Below, in pieces: positions 1-9,340 of a DNA stretch of 56,725 bases; within the stretch, counting starts at the first letter, position 1; every line of letters begins with the position of its first letter. The position numbers were made by a program, and so were the translations under genes. The stretch lies in contig JAFGQJ010000221.1 in the NCBI GenBank assembly GCA_016935715.1, positions 1 to 56,725 on the forward strand, read 5' to 3'. Below the pieces are notes generated by a model, which was not told the DNA's origin, searched no databases, and worked only from the letters and a program-made list of their open reading frames with translations. This DNA comes from Spirochaetales bacterium. GTDB lineage: Bacteria; Spirochaetota; Spirochaetia; SZUA-6; DRHE01.

Positions 1-1
1 A

Positions 2-658
2 GCGGAAAAGGACAGAAAAATCACGCTCTGCCTCATGATCCTGGAGGAATCTCTGCGCCTCCTGCACCCTTTCCTGCCCTTCGTGACCGAGGAAATTTAT
101 CAGAAATTGCCCAACTGCACTCGAAGCATCGTCACCGCCTCTTATCCGGAGTTCCAGGAAAGCCGGGTGGACGATCGGGCTCAAGACAGGTTCGCCCTGG
201 TTCAGGAACTGGTGCGCGCGGTGCGCACGCTGCGCAGCGAGTTCACCATCCCGACTGGCGCAAAGATCCCCGTCACGGTGAAGTGTGCAAAAAACGATCC
301 TGGCTGGCAGGTTTTTCACGATCAACACGATTTGATTTCTCTGCTCATCGGCTCGAAAGAGCTCCGCGTTACCGACGGCGCTGTGCACAGAGAGGGGAGC
401 ATCCCCGCCGTGGGCAGCGGTTTCGAGGCCTTCGTATACATCAAGGACGCAATCGATCTGGACAGGGAGATCGAAAAACTGAAGAAGGAGCTCGGAAACC
501 TGGAGGAGGCCCTGAAGCGGACAACAGGGAAATTGGCCAACCGATCTTTCCTGGCCAAGGCTCCCGAAGAGGTGGTGCAGAAGGAACGGGAGAAGCGGGA
601 AGAGCTCGAGAGACGCAGGGCAAAGATCGCCGGTTATATCGGAGAGTTGGGCTCTTAG
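2..658 (+). CDS. valS: valyl-tRNA synthetase, C-terminal part (5' end outside window)
   Basis: Frame is open from the window edge. ILEESLRLLHPFLPFVTEEIYQKL matches the conserved ValRS anticodon-binding region, followed by the typical C-terminal coiled coil (DLDREIEKLKKELGNLEEALKR). TAG stop at 656-658. Confidence 0.9.
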   Translation, partial: AEKDRKITLCLMILEESLRLLHPFLPFVTEEIYQKLPNCTRSIVTASYPEFQESRVDDRAQDRFALVQELVRAVRTLRSEFTIPTGAKIPVTVKCAKNDPGWQVFHDQHDLISLLIGSKELRVTDGAVHREGSIPAVGSGFEAFVYIKDAIDLDREIEKLKKELGNLEEALKRTTGKLANRSFLAKAPEEVVQKEREKREELERRRAKIAGYIGELGS

Positions 659-681
659 ATGCAACCTTCGGCTTCACCCGG

Positions 682-1101
682 ATGTCCTTATTACAGATGT
701 CTGCCCCACATTCAATGTATGCCGCCTGGATCGCACAGGCGGCTGCCCAACAGACCGACCGGGAGCTGTCGCGGGTGAGCTCTGCAGCCCAGGTATTGAT
801 TGCCGCAATCCCCATCGTTTCGGTGTCCGTGCTGGCGGTTCTGAGCTTCTTCGTGATCCTCTGGGATTACAGGAAGCAGCGGCTGATGATCGAACGGGGG
901 CTGACGCCAAAGCCGAAAAATATCGATGACAAGCTGCTTCTCATCGGGATAGTGGCCCTGTTCGTCGGCGTGGGGCTGCTGGTCTTCTTCAGCCTGAAAA
1001 CGGGGTTGAGCAATTCCCTTTTGGGCGGTATCATACCCACAGCATCCGGGATGGGTATCATTACCTACTACATCCTGATGCACCGTTTGAAGAAGAACTG
1101 A
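682..1101 (+). CDS. hypothetical small membrane protein
   Basis: ATG at 682 in the frame of track ORF 283..1101. Hydrophobic helices are predicted (IAAIPIVSVSVLAVLSFFVILW, LLLIGIVALFVGVGLLVFF, IIPTASGMGIITYYIL). It ends 5 nt before the ECF sigma gene, so it is likely co-transcribed. Confidence 0.6.
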   Translation: MSLLQMSAPHSMYAAWIAQAAAQQTDRELSRVSSAAQVLIAAIPIVSVSVLAVLSFFVILWDYRKQRLMIERGLTPKPKNIDDKLLLIGIVALFVGVGLLVFFSLKTGLSNSLLGGIIPTASGMGIITYYILMHRLKKN

Positions 1102-1106
1102 AGAAC

Positions 1107-1676
1107 GTGAAAAAGCTGCCTGACAATGAACTGGTAAAACGCATCATCGCCGGTGAGTACGAAGCCTATCGTGAAATCGTGGCCCGCCACCAGACCCGCA
1201 TCTTCTACATGGGATTGAAATTTTTTCACAACCGCCACGACGCGGAAGATTACGCCCAGGAGGTCTTTCTCAAGACATTCGTGAAGCTGCGAAGCTTCAA
1301 AGCGGAGGTCCCCTTCGCCTCCTGGCTCAACAAGATCGCCTACAACATGGCGGTCAATCAGTATCACAAGCGCAGGCGTGCCCGTGTCGAGGTGGCCATG
1401 CAGGGCGAACCTCGGGACGATTCCTTGAGCCCGGAAACGCGAATCCTGCGAAACGAGCTCTGCGAGAAGGTTCACAGGGTGCTGAAGAAGATCCCCGACG
1501 TCTACAAACCCGTGATCAATCTGCACTTTTTCGAAGGATTGAGCTACCCCGAGATTTCCAGAGCCCTGAGCATACCGGTCAACACGATCAAATCCTACGT
1601 GTTCCGGGCCAAGCAGCTGCTGCGCACCCGGCTGGGCAGCTACGTAGACGGCTACCTGGAAGAGGGAGTCATCTGA
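1107..1676 (+). CDS. RNA polymerase sigma-70 factor, ECF subfamily
   Basis: GTG start. Region 2 (HDAEDYAQEVFLKTF) and region 4 HTH (LSYPEISRALSIPVNTIKSYVFRAKQLL) are typical of ECF sigma factors. Confidence 0.9.
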   Translation: MKKLPDNELVKRIIAGEYEAYREIVARHQTRIFYMGLKFFHNRHDAEDYAQEVFLKTFVKLRSFKAEVPFASWLNKIAYNMAVNQYHKRRRARVEVAMQGEPRDDSLSPETRILRNELCEKVHRVLKKIPDVYKPVINLHFFEGLSYPEISRALSIPVNTIKSYVFRAKQLLRTRLGSYVDGYLEEGVI

Positions 1677-2218
1677 TGAACCAGCGGGATATCGATGAGT
1701 CCCGGGATCCGGAGGGCAACGAACCCAGAGAGGGACTGCAGAGGGATATCACCACCTACCTGGCCGAGATCGGATTCATCGATCGGGTCATGACGGACAT
1801 CATCGAGATCCCCGGCAGGAGCGGAAAAATCCTGCTGTGGGCAGGCTTCTGCGTGCTCAATATCTTCCTGCTCCTCCTGCTCGGAACGAACCACTCGGTG
1901 ATCGTGGAATTCCTGCAGGGCGACCTGGGGGAATTCTTCTTTCTATTCCTCGGGATTTCCCTTCTCGGCGGCCTGATCGGGCTGATCTCCGTCAGCGATC
2001 TGCCGGTCAATCCCCCTTCGCGATCGGCTCCCACCGACCCGATGTTTCGGATCGAAACAGCGCATCGAGCACCTTCTGGTTGGCCACGGCATCCTGCGGG
2101 GGCGTCGGGACCGGCAGATCCCGGCGAAGCGCCTCGGAGAAGGCTTCGAACTCCAACCCGTACTGATCCGCAGCGGGCAGCTGCGGGCGCCGCTCGCCGA
2201 TGGGCGTGCTCACGGTGA
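1676..2218 (+). CDS. putative membrane anti-sigma factor (uncharacterised)
   Basis: The ATG shares one base with the sigma gene's TGA stop (TGATG). Two hydrophobic helices are present (ILLWAGFCVLNIFLLLLLG, FFFLFLGISLLGGLIGLI). Assignment rests on position after an ECF sigma; no known anti-sigma motif was recognised. The last 212 nt overlap the convergent oxidoreductase gene. Confidence 0.5.
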   Translation: MNQRDIDESRDPEGNEPREGLQRDITTYLAEIGFIDRVMTDIIEIPGRSGKILLWAGFCVLNIFLLLLLGTNHSVIVEFLQGDLGEFFFLFLGISLLGGLIGLISVSDLPVNPPSRSAPTDPMFRIETAHRAPSGWPRHPAGASGPADPGEAPRRRLRTPTRTDPQRAAAGAARRWACSR

Positions 2219-3005
2219 GCGACGGCGGCACGTCCGGATACATGTTGAAAGGGATTCCCACGTGCATGCTGCCCGAGCTGCCGTAGATGTCGACCTGCTG
2301 AGCCCGAAATCCCTGGGTGGCAACGGTAAATACCGACCGGCCGCGTCCAAAATCCAGGATCGCCGAGCTCAGGATGTCCGTCTTTAGATTCGCATCCCGG
2401 GTGAACAGGCCGATGGCCCGCCGGGGTTCCGCCCCGAACAGCAGCCGCGGCACCGATACCGCGTAGCAGCCGATGTCCATCAGCCCCCCGCCGCCCATAT
2501 CCGCTTTGTTCCTGATATTTTCGGGATCCTTGAGGTCGTAGGCGTAATAGGTCTGCACGGCCAGGATCTCTCCGATCTCCCCCCTGCTCGCCAGCTCCGC
2601 AACCCGACGCCACTGAGGATGGAAGCGGTACATGAACGCCTCCATGAGCCGCACCCCGGCTGCGGCTGCGTACTCGACGCTGGCCTTCGCCTCTTCGGCG
2701 TTCAAGGCGAGGGGTTTCTCGCAGAGGATGTGCTTGCCCGCGTCCGCCGCCTTGCGGATCCATTCGCCGTGCAGGTGATTGGGCAGCGGGATGTAAACCG
2801 CCTCGATGTCCGCATCCTCCAGCAGATCTTCGTACGATCCGTACGACCTGGGAATGCCGAAGCGCTGCGCCGCACTCCGGGCTTTTTCCCCGCTCCTGGA
2901 GGCGACAGCCTCCAGGCGAACGAGATCCGATCCGAGCAAAGGCGGCAGGACCTTCTTCATAAAGATGTTCGCCACACCGAGCACGCCCCAACGAACTGCT
3001 TCCAT
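2007..3005 (-). CDS. Gfo/Idh/MocA family oxidoreductase
   Basis: ATG at 3005 (MEAVRWGVLGVANI, an N-terminal Rossmann GxGxxG-like start). EKPLALN motif and overall family pattern are present. The upstream part of track ORF 2007..3224 has no family similarity. Confidence 0.9.
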   Translation of the reverse strand: MEAVRWGVLGVANIFMKKVLPPLLGSDLVRLEAVASRSGEKARSAAQRFGIPRSYGSYEDLLEDADIEAVYIPLPNHLHGEWIRKAADAGKHILCEKPLALNAEEAKASVEYAAAAGVRLMEAFMYRFHPQWRRVAELASRGEIGEILAVQTYYAYDLKDPENIRNKADMGGGGLMDIGCYAVSVPRLLFGAEPRRAIGLFTRDANLKTDILSSAILDFGRGRSVFTVATQGFRAQQVDIYGSSGSMHVGIPFNMYPDVPPSLTVSTPIGERRPQLPAADQYGLEFEAFSEALRRDLPVPTPPQDAVANQKVLDALFRSETSGRWEPIAKGD

Positions 3006-3198
3006 GATACTCCTCTCCCCTTCCGGGTAGTGTTCCGGGTAATCCGTAAGATTATAGGAGCTTAGGGCGGGCAGGCGCAAGGGTTGAGGAAATTTGACGT
3101 CCCGGGGCCGGTTTTTGTATTTTTTCATGTAGGATCGCTTACGACGTGATCCGAAGATATCCGTCCTTCCACTCTCGCACTCACAGGAGAACACAAAG

Positions 3199-5778
3199 AT
3201 GAGATTTGACAGGTTTACGATCAAAGCCCAGGAAGCGGTCCAATCCGCGGAATCCCTGGCACACCGCTACAACCATTCCAGCCTGGACACCGACCATCTG
3301 CTCCTGGCCCTCATGGAACAGAAGGACGGGGTGATCCCGCCGCTTTTCACCGCTCTGGGTTTACAGAGCCAGACATTGCGTTCCGATCTGGAGGGCGAGC
3401 TGGCGGGAAAACCGAAGGTCTACGGGGACAGCTCTCAGACGCAGCTGTCGCCCCAGGCCAACAAGGTGCTGCACAACGCCGAGATGGAGGCGAGCAACCT
3501 CAAGGACGAGTACATCTCCACGGAGCATCTCCTGCTCGCCCTGCTGGACATTCAGAGTGAAGCCCGGGAGCTGCTGAACCGTCACGGGGTTCGAAAGTCT
3601 GCCGTTCTCGACGCCCTGCGGCGCATCCGCGGCAGTCAGCGGGTTACCGATCAGTCTCCGGAGGACAAGTATCAGGCATTGGAGCGCTACTGCAGGGATC
3701 TCACCGACCTGGCCCGGAAGGAAAAGATCGATCCGGTGATCGGCCGGGACGAGGAAATCCGCCGGATCATGCAGGTGCTGTCGCGCCGCACCAAGAACAA
3801 CCCGGTCCTGATCGGGGACCCGGGGGTGGGAAAAACGGCCATCGTGGAGGGGCTGGCCCGAAGGATCGTTTCCGGGGACGTTCCCGATTCCCTGAAGAGC
3901 AAGCGGGTGCTCGCGTTGGACCTGGGTTCCCTGCTGGCGGGAGCCAAGTTCCGGGGGGAATTCGAGGAGCGCCTCAAGGCCGTGATCAAGGAGATCATCG
4001 AAGCCGAGGGAGAGATAATCCTCTTCATCGATGAGCTCCATACCCTGGTGGGCGCAGGCGCCGCCGAAGGAGCGGTGGACGCCTCCAATCTGCTCAAGCC
4101 GGCGCTCGCCCGGGGAGAGCTGCGGGCGATCGGCGCCACCACCCTCGACGAATACCGCAAGCACATCGAGAAGGACGCCGCCCTGGAACGGCGTTTCCAG
4201 CCGATCTACACCTCCGAGCCCAGCGTGGAGGACACCATCGCGATCCTCAGGGGCCTGAAGGAGCGCTACGAGGTGCACCACGGGGTCCGCATCAGGGACG
4301 AGGCTCTCATCGCCGCGGCGGTGCTCTCCGACCGCTACATCACCAGCCGCTTTCTCCCGGACAAGGCCATCGACCTGGTGGACGAGGCGGCCAGCCGGCT
4401 CAAGATGGAGATCGAGAGCCAGCCTACCGAGCTGGACCAGATCGAGCGGCGCATCCTGCAGCTGAACATCGAGAAGCAGGCCCTGGCCAAGGAGACGGAC
4501 AGCGCCTCCAAGGACAAACGGAAGGAGATCGAGCGGGAGCTGTCCGGGCTCAAGGGCAAGAGGGATGCGATGCAGCTCCAGTGGCAGAACGAGAAGAAGG
4601 TCATCGAGGAGATCCGGGCCCTGAAGCAGAGGCTCGAGGAGCTGAACATCGAGGAAACCCGCTACGAGCGGGAGGGCAATCTGAGCAAGGCGGCGGAGGT
4701 CAAACACGGCCTGGTTCCGGAAACCGAGAAGAAGCTGGCCGAAAAGACCGGAGAGCTGGAAGGCTCCCAGGGCGAGTCCAGGCTGTTGCGGGAAGAGGTC
4801 TCGGAAGAGGACATCGCCCGCATCGTCAGCCACTGGACGGGGATTCCCGTCTCCAAGATGCTGAGCTCCGAGAAAGCCAAGCTGCTGGAGCTGGAGACAA
4901 TCCTCTCCCGCAGGGTGGTGGGGCAGGAAGCGGCGATCAGGGCCGTCTCCGACGCCATCCGCCGCAACAAATCGGGACTGTCCGACATCAACCGCCCGCT
5001 GGGGACCTTCATCTTCCTGGGACCCACCGGGGTCGGCAAGACCGAGCTGGCGAAAACGCTGGCGGAGTTCCTCTTCAATGACGAGAAGGCGCTGACCCGC
5101 ATCGACATGAGCGAATACATGGAGAAGTTCGCGGTCAGCCGCCTGATCGGAGCTCCCCCTGGCTACGTGGGCTACGAGGAGGGCGGCCAGCTCACCGAGG
5201 CGGTGCGCCGCCGTCCCTACTCGGTGATCCTGTTCGACGAGATCGAAAAAGCTCATCCGGACGTGTTCAACGTGCTGCTCCAGCTGCTGGACGAGGGCCG
5301 GCTGACCGACAGCCAGGGACACGTCGTGGATTTCAAAAACGCGATCATCATCATGACCTCAAATCTGGGCAGCCAGCTGATCCAGCAGACCGAGAAGATC
5401 GAGGAGATCAGGGATCAGATCATGGAGCTCATGAAGGCGACCTTCAAGCCGGAGTTCCTCAACCGGGTCGATGAGATCATCACCTTCAACCGATTGGGCA
5501 AGGCGGAAATCCTGAAGATCGTGGATATCCAGCTCGAGCTCCTGAAAAAGCGCCTGGCCGAGCAGGATGTGGCGATCCGGGTCAGCGACAAGGCCAAGGC
5601 CCATTTGGCCGAGGTCGGCTTCGATCCCCAGTACGGAGCCCGGCCGCTCAAGCGCACGCTCCAGAACCTGGTTCAGAATCCGCTGGCCAGGAACATCATC
5701 GCCGGAGAGGTCCGGTCGGGAGACACGGTCGTGGTCGACACGGGCAAGGACGGCCTGGTGTTTCGCAAACAGAAATAA
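3199..5778 (+). CDS. clpB: ATP-dependent chaperone/disaggregase ClpB
   Basis: 859 aa with a Clp N domain, NBD1 Walker [10 protein letters not shown], a long M-domain coiled coil, NBD2 Walker [10 protein letters not shown], and a sensor/C-terminal domain. SD-like AGGAGAA upstream. Confidence 0.98.
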   Translation: MRFDRFTIKAQEAVQSAESLAHRYNHSSLDTDHLLLALMEQKDGVIPPLFTALGLQSQTLRSDLEGELAGKPKVYGDSSQTQLSPQANKVLHNAEMEASNLKDEYISTEHLLLALLDIQSEARELLNRHGVRKSAVLDALRRIRGSQRVTDQSPEDKYQALERYCRDLTDLARKEKIDPVIGRDEEIRRIMQVLSRRTKNNPVLIGDPGVGKTAIVEGLARRIVSGDVPDSLKSKRVLALDLGSLLAGAKFRGEFEERLKAVIKEIIEAEGEIILFIDELHTLVGAGAAEGAVDASNLLKPALARGELRAIGATTLDEYRKHIEKDAALERRFQPIYTSEPSVEDTIAILRGLKERYEVHHGVRIRDEALIAAAVLSDRYITSRFLPDKAIDLVDEAASRLKMEIESQPTELDQIERRILQLNIEKQALAKETDSASKDKRKEIERELSGLKGKRDAMQLQWQNEKKVIEEIRALKQRLEELNIEETRYEREGNLSKAAEVKHGLVPETEKKLAEKTGELEGSQGESRLLREEVSEEDIARIVSHWTGIPVSKMLSSEKAKLLELETILSRRVVGQEAAIRAVSDAIRRNKSGLSDINRPLGTFIFLGPTGVGKTELAKTLAEFLFNDEKALTRIDMSEYMEKFAVSRLIGAPPGYVGYEEGGQLTEAVRRRPYSVILFDEIEKAHPDVFNVLLQLLDEGRLTDSQGHVVDFKNAIIIMTSNLGSQLIQQTEKIEEIRDQIMELMKATFKPEFLNRVDEIITFNRLGKAEILKIVDIQLELLKKRLAEQDVAIRVSDKAKAHLAEVGFDPQYGARPLKRTLQNLVQNPLARNIIAGEVRSGDTVVVDTGKDGLVFRKQK

Positions 5779-5795
5779 CGGCGTATACTGGAAGC

Positions 5796-6218
5796 ATGAT
5801 CCGGGCCTATCGACAGGAAGAACGGGAAGCGGAAAACGAAGCCTGGCTGGAGGAGACCCTGGCGAGTGAGCGGGCGGAGCAGGCCGAAGAGGAGGAGAAC
5901 CTCTACTGCTTCGTTTGCGGCCGGCCCATCACCCAGACCCGGCAGCGCATATCGGTAAACGGAGCTCACAAGCACACCTTCACCAATCCCGCGGGCTACC
6001 GTTTCGAGATCGGCTGTTTCCGGGAAGCTCCCGGCTGCGGGCAGGCCGGAGAGTACAGCGACTTCTACTCCTGGTTCGACGGCTACGCCTGGTGCTATGC
6101 CCTGTGCAGCAGCTGCCGCGTTCACCTGGGATGGGTCTATCGGGGAGAGGATACATTCTACGGCCTGGTTCTGGACCGGCTGTCGAGCTCCAAGGAGAAC
6201 TTTCCCTCCCCCTCGTGA
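5796..6218 (+). CDS. CULT (cereblon/thalidomide-binding-like, beta-tent) domain protein with acidic N-terminal helix
   Basis: Two CxxC pairs (YCFVCGR, LCSSCRV) and the block YSWFDGYAWCYALCSSCRVHLGWVY. This aligns with the human CRBN tri-Trp pocket [25 protein letters not shown] as I recall it. Lies 17 nt downstream of the clpB stop. Confidence 0.85.
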   Translation: MIRAYRQEEREAENEAWLEETLASERAEQAEEEENLYCFVCGRPITQTRQRISVNGAHKHTFTNPAGYRFEIGCFREAPGCGQAGEYSDFYSWFDGYAWCYALCSSCRVHLGWVYRGEDTFYGLVLDRLSSSKENFPSPS

Positions 6219-6240
6219 GCGATCCCCCGCCGGTTTCGCT

Positions 6241-7791
6241 TCAGGAGCTCCGGCCGCCCTGCCTTCGCAGCTGCCGCTCCTGCTCCCGCCGCTTTCGACG
6301 CTCCAGTGCTTTCTTCTGGATGAACAGGGACCAGAGGATGAAGAATACCGTGAGGAGCACGAACAGCAGGGAGATCGGACGGGTGAAGAGGGGAACCACC
6401 GAGCCGTCGCTCAGGATCAATGCCTGGATGAGAGAGGTTTCCAGCAGGCCCCCCAGGATGTAGCCCATCATCAGCGGGGCCACGGGAAAGTTGAACTTCT
6501 TCATGATGTAGCCCAGGACCCCGAAGAATATCATCACGTACACGTCGAAGATGTTGCTGTTCACGGTGAAGGAGCCGGCGGCACAGATGATGATCACGAT
6601 GGGAAACAGGACGGCCCTGCTGACGGACAGCAGCTTCGTGAACAGGCGCAGCCCGAGGGAGGCGATGAAGAAGTGCAGGATATTCGCCACGATCAGACCG
6701 ATGAACACGGCGTAGATGATATCCCCGGATTCGATGAACAGGTCCGGTCCCGGTATCAGACCGTGAACCAGGAACACCCCCAGCATGATGGCCGTGATGG
6801 CATCCCCCGGAATCCCGAGTGTGAGCAGGGGGATCAGTGCTCCCCCGGTGACCGCGTTGTTGCCGGTTTCGGCGGCGAAAACGCCTTCCAGGCTGCCCTT
6901 CCCGTACTCCTCCGGCCGTTTCGAGGAATTTTTCGCCGCCCCGTATGACACGAAAGCGGAGATGGCCGAGCCGCTTCCCGGGAGCGCTCCCACCCCGATG
7001 CCGATCAGGGTGGAACGTAGGATCGTGTAGATGTTGGCCTTGAACTCCTTCCAACTCACCCGGTTGTCCTCGGGATTCTCGGATACCGGCGCGATCACGT
7101 CCTGCTTGCCCGCCGCTATCTTCTTCTCGATCTGAACGAAAAATTCGCTTACGGCGAACAGCCCGATCAGATGCGGCAGGAACGGGATTCCGCCGACCAG
7201 TTCGAAGATCCCCAGGGTGAAACGGGAGGAACCGGAGATGGGATCCGATCCGACGGTCCGGAAAAAGATCCCGAACGCCGCTGCAGCCACGCCTTTCAGC
7301 TTGTGCTCGCTGGAAACAACCCCGATCGTGCAGAGGGCGAACACCACCAGGGAGAACTTCTCCGTGGGCCCGAATTTCAGGGCGATCCTGGCGATCTGGG
7401 CGGCTATGGAGATCAGGACGACGTCGCTGATGAACTCCCCGATCACAGAACCGTAGATGGAGGCCCGCAGCGCCTTGCCCGCCTTGCCCTGCCTGGCCAT
7501 CGGGTAGCCCTCCAGACAGGTGGCCGCGGCGGCCGGGGCTCCGGGAGTGTTGATCAGGATGGCGGAGATGCTCCCGCCGTAGGTGCCCCCTTTGTACACC
7601 CCCAACAGCAGGCTGATCCCGGCCACCGGGGCCATGTAGAAGGTGATCGGGAGCAGCAGAGCCACGGTCATGGGCACGTTCAGGCCGGGGATCGCACCGA
7701 TTGTTATTCCGATGAACAGCCCCGCCGCCACGACGAAGAGGTTCTGAAAGGTGAAGAACAGCTCTGCGGCCGGAAGCAGGTGCTCGATCAT
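6241..7791 (-). CDS. tctA: tripartite tricarboxylate transporter, large permease TctA family
   Basis: 516-aa polytopic membrane protein with the TctA-like N-terminus FIGITIGAIPGLNVPMTVALLLPITF. Basic C-terminal tail. Confidence 0.92.
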   Translation of the reverse strand: MIEHLLPAAELFFTFQNLFVVAAGLFIGITIGAIPGLNVPMTVALLLPITFYMAPVAGISLLLGVYKGGTYGGSISAILINTPGAPAAAATCLEGYPMARQGKAGKALRASIYGSVIGEFISDVVLISIAAQIARIALKFGPTEKFSLVVFALCTIGVVSSEHKLKGVAAAAFGIFFRTVGSDPISGSSRFTLGIFELVGGIPFLPHLIGLFAVSEFFVQIEKKIAAGKQDVIAPVSENPEDNRVSWKEFKANIYTILRSTLIGIGVGALPGSGSAISAFVSYGAAKNSSKRPEEYGKGSLEGVFAAETGNNAVTGGALIPLLTLGIPGDAITAIMLGVFLVHGLIPGPDLFIESGDIIYAVFIGLIVANILHFFIASLGLRLFTKLLSVSRAVLFPIVIIICAAGSFTVNSNIFDVYVMIFFGVLGYIMKKFNFPVAPLMMGYILGGLLETSLIQALILSDGSVVPLFTRPISLLFVLLTVFFILWSLFIQKKALERRKRREQERQLRRQGGRSS

Positions 7792-7831
7792 GCCGATTGC
7801 TCACATCCGCTCATTCCGCGAGCTCCGGCCC

Positions 7832-8299
7832 TCAGAAGAGGATCCCGTGGGGCAGCGGGATGTTGAATAGGATCTCGAAGAACAGCCAGACCACCACCGG
7901 GACTGCGACCACGCTGACCGCGATCTTGAGAATACTGCGGGAACCGAAGATGTAGGCATAGATTCCGACGAACAGGCCGCTGGTCACGACGAAACCGAGA
8001 CGGGGAAAGAGGATCGTGTAGAGGATCAGGAGAATCGCCGACAGCACCACCCGAAACACCCCTGAGCGCGAAAGTTCCGGCGCGGGCTCCTCCCGGGAGC
8101 TCAACAGTCCCCGGGCTATCAACCCGGCTCCCAGGAGCATGGTCAGCACGGCAAGAACGGTGGGGATGAAGGTTGGAGACGTTTCGGTCTCCAACCCCGG
8201 TATCTCCTGAATCTGCGAAGGAATGAGAACGAGGATCAGCGCACCCAGTGCGATCAGCACGGCCCCTTCGATCGTACCGCGGACGGCGGACGGTCTCAC
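7832..8299 (-). CDS. tctB: tripartite tricarboxylate transporter, small subunit TctB family
   Basis: Small 4-TM protein between tctC and tctA. A GTG at 8299 forms a GTGA overlap with the tctC stop (8296-8298). The track ATG at 8356 would overlap tctC by 61 nt. Confidence 0.72.
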   Translation of the reverse strand: MRPSAVRGTIEGAVLIALGALILVLIPSQIQEIPGLETETSPTFIPTVLAVLTMLLGAGLIARGLLSSREEPAPELSRSGVFRVVLSAILLILYTILFPRLGFVVTSGLFVGIYAYIFGSRSILKIAVSVVAVPVVVWLFFEILFNIPLPHGILF

Positions 8300-9270
8300 T
8301 GCTTCAGGCCCATCTTCTCCACGATCGCTCCGTATCCCTGCTTGTCGTTCTTCCACACCGCGTAGAAATCATCCCCGAACTTGGGATCCAGGCTCTCCCC
8401 GACCCGGGTCATGACGGTGATGAAATCCTTGTCCTCCATCACCTGCCTGAAAACGCTGCGCAGCTTGCTCAGCACTTCCGGCGGCATGCCCTTCGGACCT
8501 GCGATGCCCGTGAAGGGACTGGCCACCACGTCGTAGCCGAGCTCCACAGCCGTGGGGGTATCGGGGAGGTTGGCATCCCTCTTCTCGGAGAAGACCATCA
8601 GGGCATTGAGGTTGCCCCCCTTCACGTGGGAGATGATCGTGGCCACGCTGGAGGTCATGGCGATGTCCACGTGCCCTCCCAGGGCCGCCTCGACCGCTTC
8701 GGCGTCGTTGCCGACGGGCACGTGCTTGAACTCCAATCCCGCCTTGTCCGCCCACCAGAGGAATCCCAGCTGGGGCGCCTTCAGGGCTACGCAGGCGTAG
8801 GTGACCCGGCCCGGGTGACTCCTGGCGTAGGAGATCAGCTCCCGGACATTACCGAAGGGCCGGTCCGGCCTGGAAGCGATGGCCATGGTGCTGGAGCCGA
8901 TCTGGCCGATGGCGTCGAAATCCAGGGAGTCGTAGGGCGCCTGGCCGAAGATGACCGGAAATACGTTGGTTCCCGGCGTGATGGCCATCAGGGTGTAGCC
9001 GTCCGGCTCGGCTTTGGCCACGTACTCGCCGCCGATCACGCTGGCCCCGCCGGCCTTGTTCACCACGACCATCGGCTGCCCCAGGTATTTGGGCGCCACG
9101 CTGGCAAACATCCGGGCGTTGATGTCGGTCCGACCGCCCGCCGGCCAGGGCACGATCAGTTGGATCGCCTTGGTGGGATACTCCCCGGCCGCCTCTTCGC
9201 TCGTTCCTTCGGCCAGGACGAATCCCGCCGCAGCCGCCAGCACGAGGAGAATTAAAAACAAGCGCTTCAT
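8296..9270 (-). CDS. tctC: tripartite tricarboxylate transporter substrate-binding protein TctC family
   Basis: ATG at 9270 preceded by AAGGAGG. Signal peptide MKRLFLILLVLAAAAGFVLAEG. Bug/TctC-like body (IQLIVPWPAGGRTD, PYDSLDFD). Confidence 0.9.
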   Translation of the reverse strand: MKRLFLILLVLAAAAGFVLAEGTSEEAAGEYPTKAIQLIVPWPAGGRTDINARMFASVAPKYLGQPMVVVNKAGGASVIGGEYVAKAEPDGYTLMAITPGTNVFPVIFGQAPYDSLDFDAIGQIGSSTMAIASRPDRPFGNVRELISYARSHPGRVTYACVALKAPQLGFLWWADKAGLEFKHVPVGNDAEAVEAALGGHVDIAMTSSVATIISHVKGGNLNALMVFSEKRDANLPDTPTAVELGYDVVASPFTGIAGPKGMPPEVLSKLRSVFRQVMEDKDFITVMTRVGESLDPKFGDDFYAVWKNDKQGYGAIVEKMGLKQ

Positions 9271-9340
9271 CACGTACCTCCTTATAAAAATTTGTTCATT
9301 CACATGTAGATTAGGTGATCCCTCCGGCCTTGTCAAACAT

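Noticed and set aside
3361-5322. 653-aa ORF antisense to clpB, with similar giants at 16613-18829 (antisense to nrdD), 41834-44497 (antisense to the peptide ABC genes), 33157-35058 (antisense to aspS) and 6158-7804 (overlapping tctA).
   Set aside because: Their translations are Arg/Gly/Pro/Leu-rich low-complexity sequence with no family motifs. Each one exactly shadows a gene with unambiguous homology. Long antisense ORFs are expected in GC3-biased DNA.
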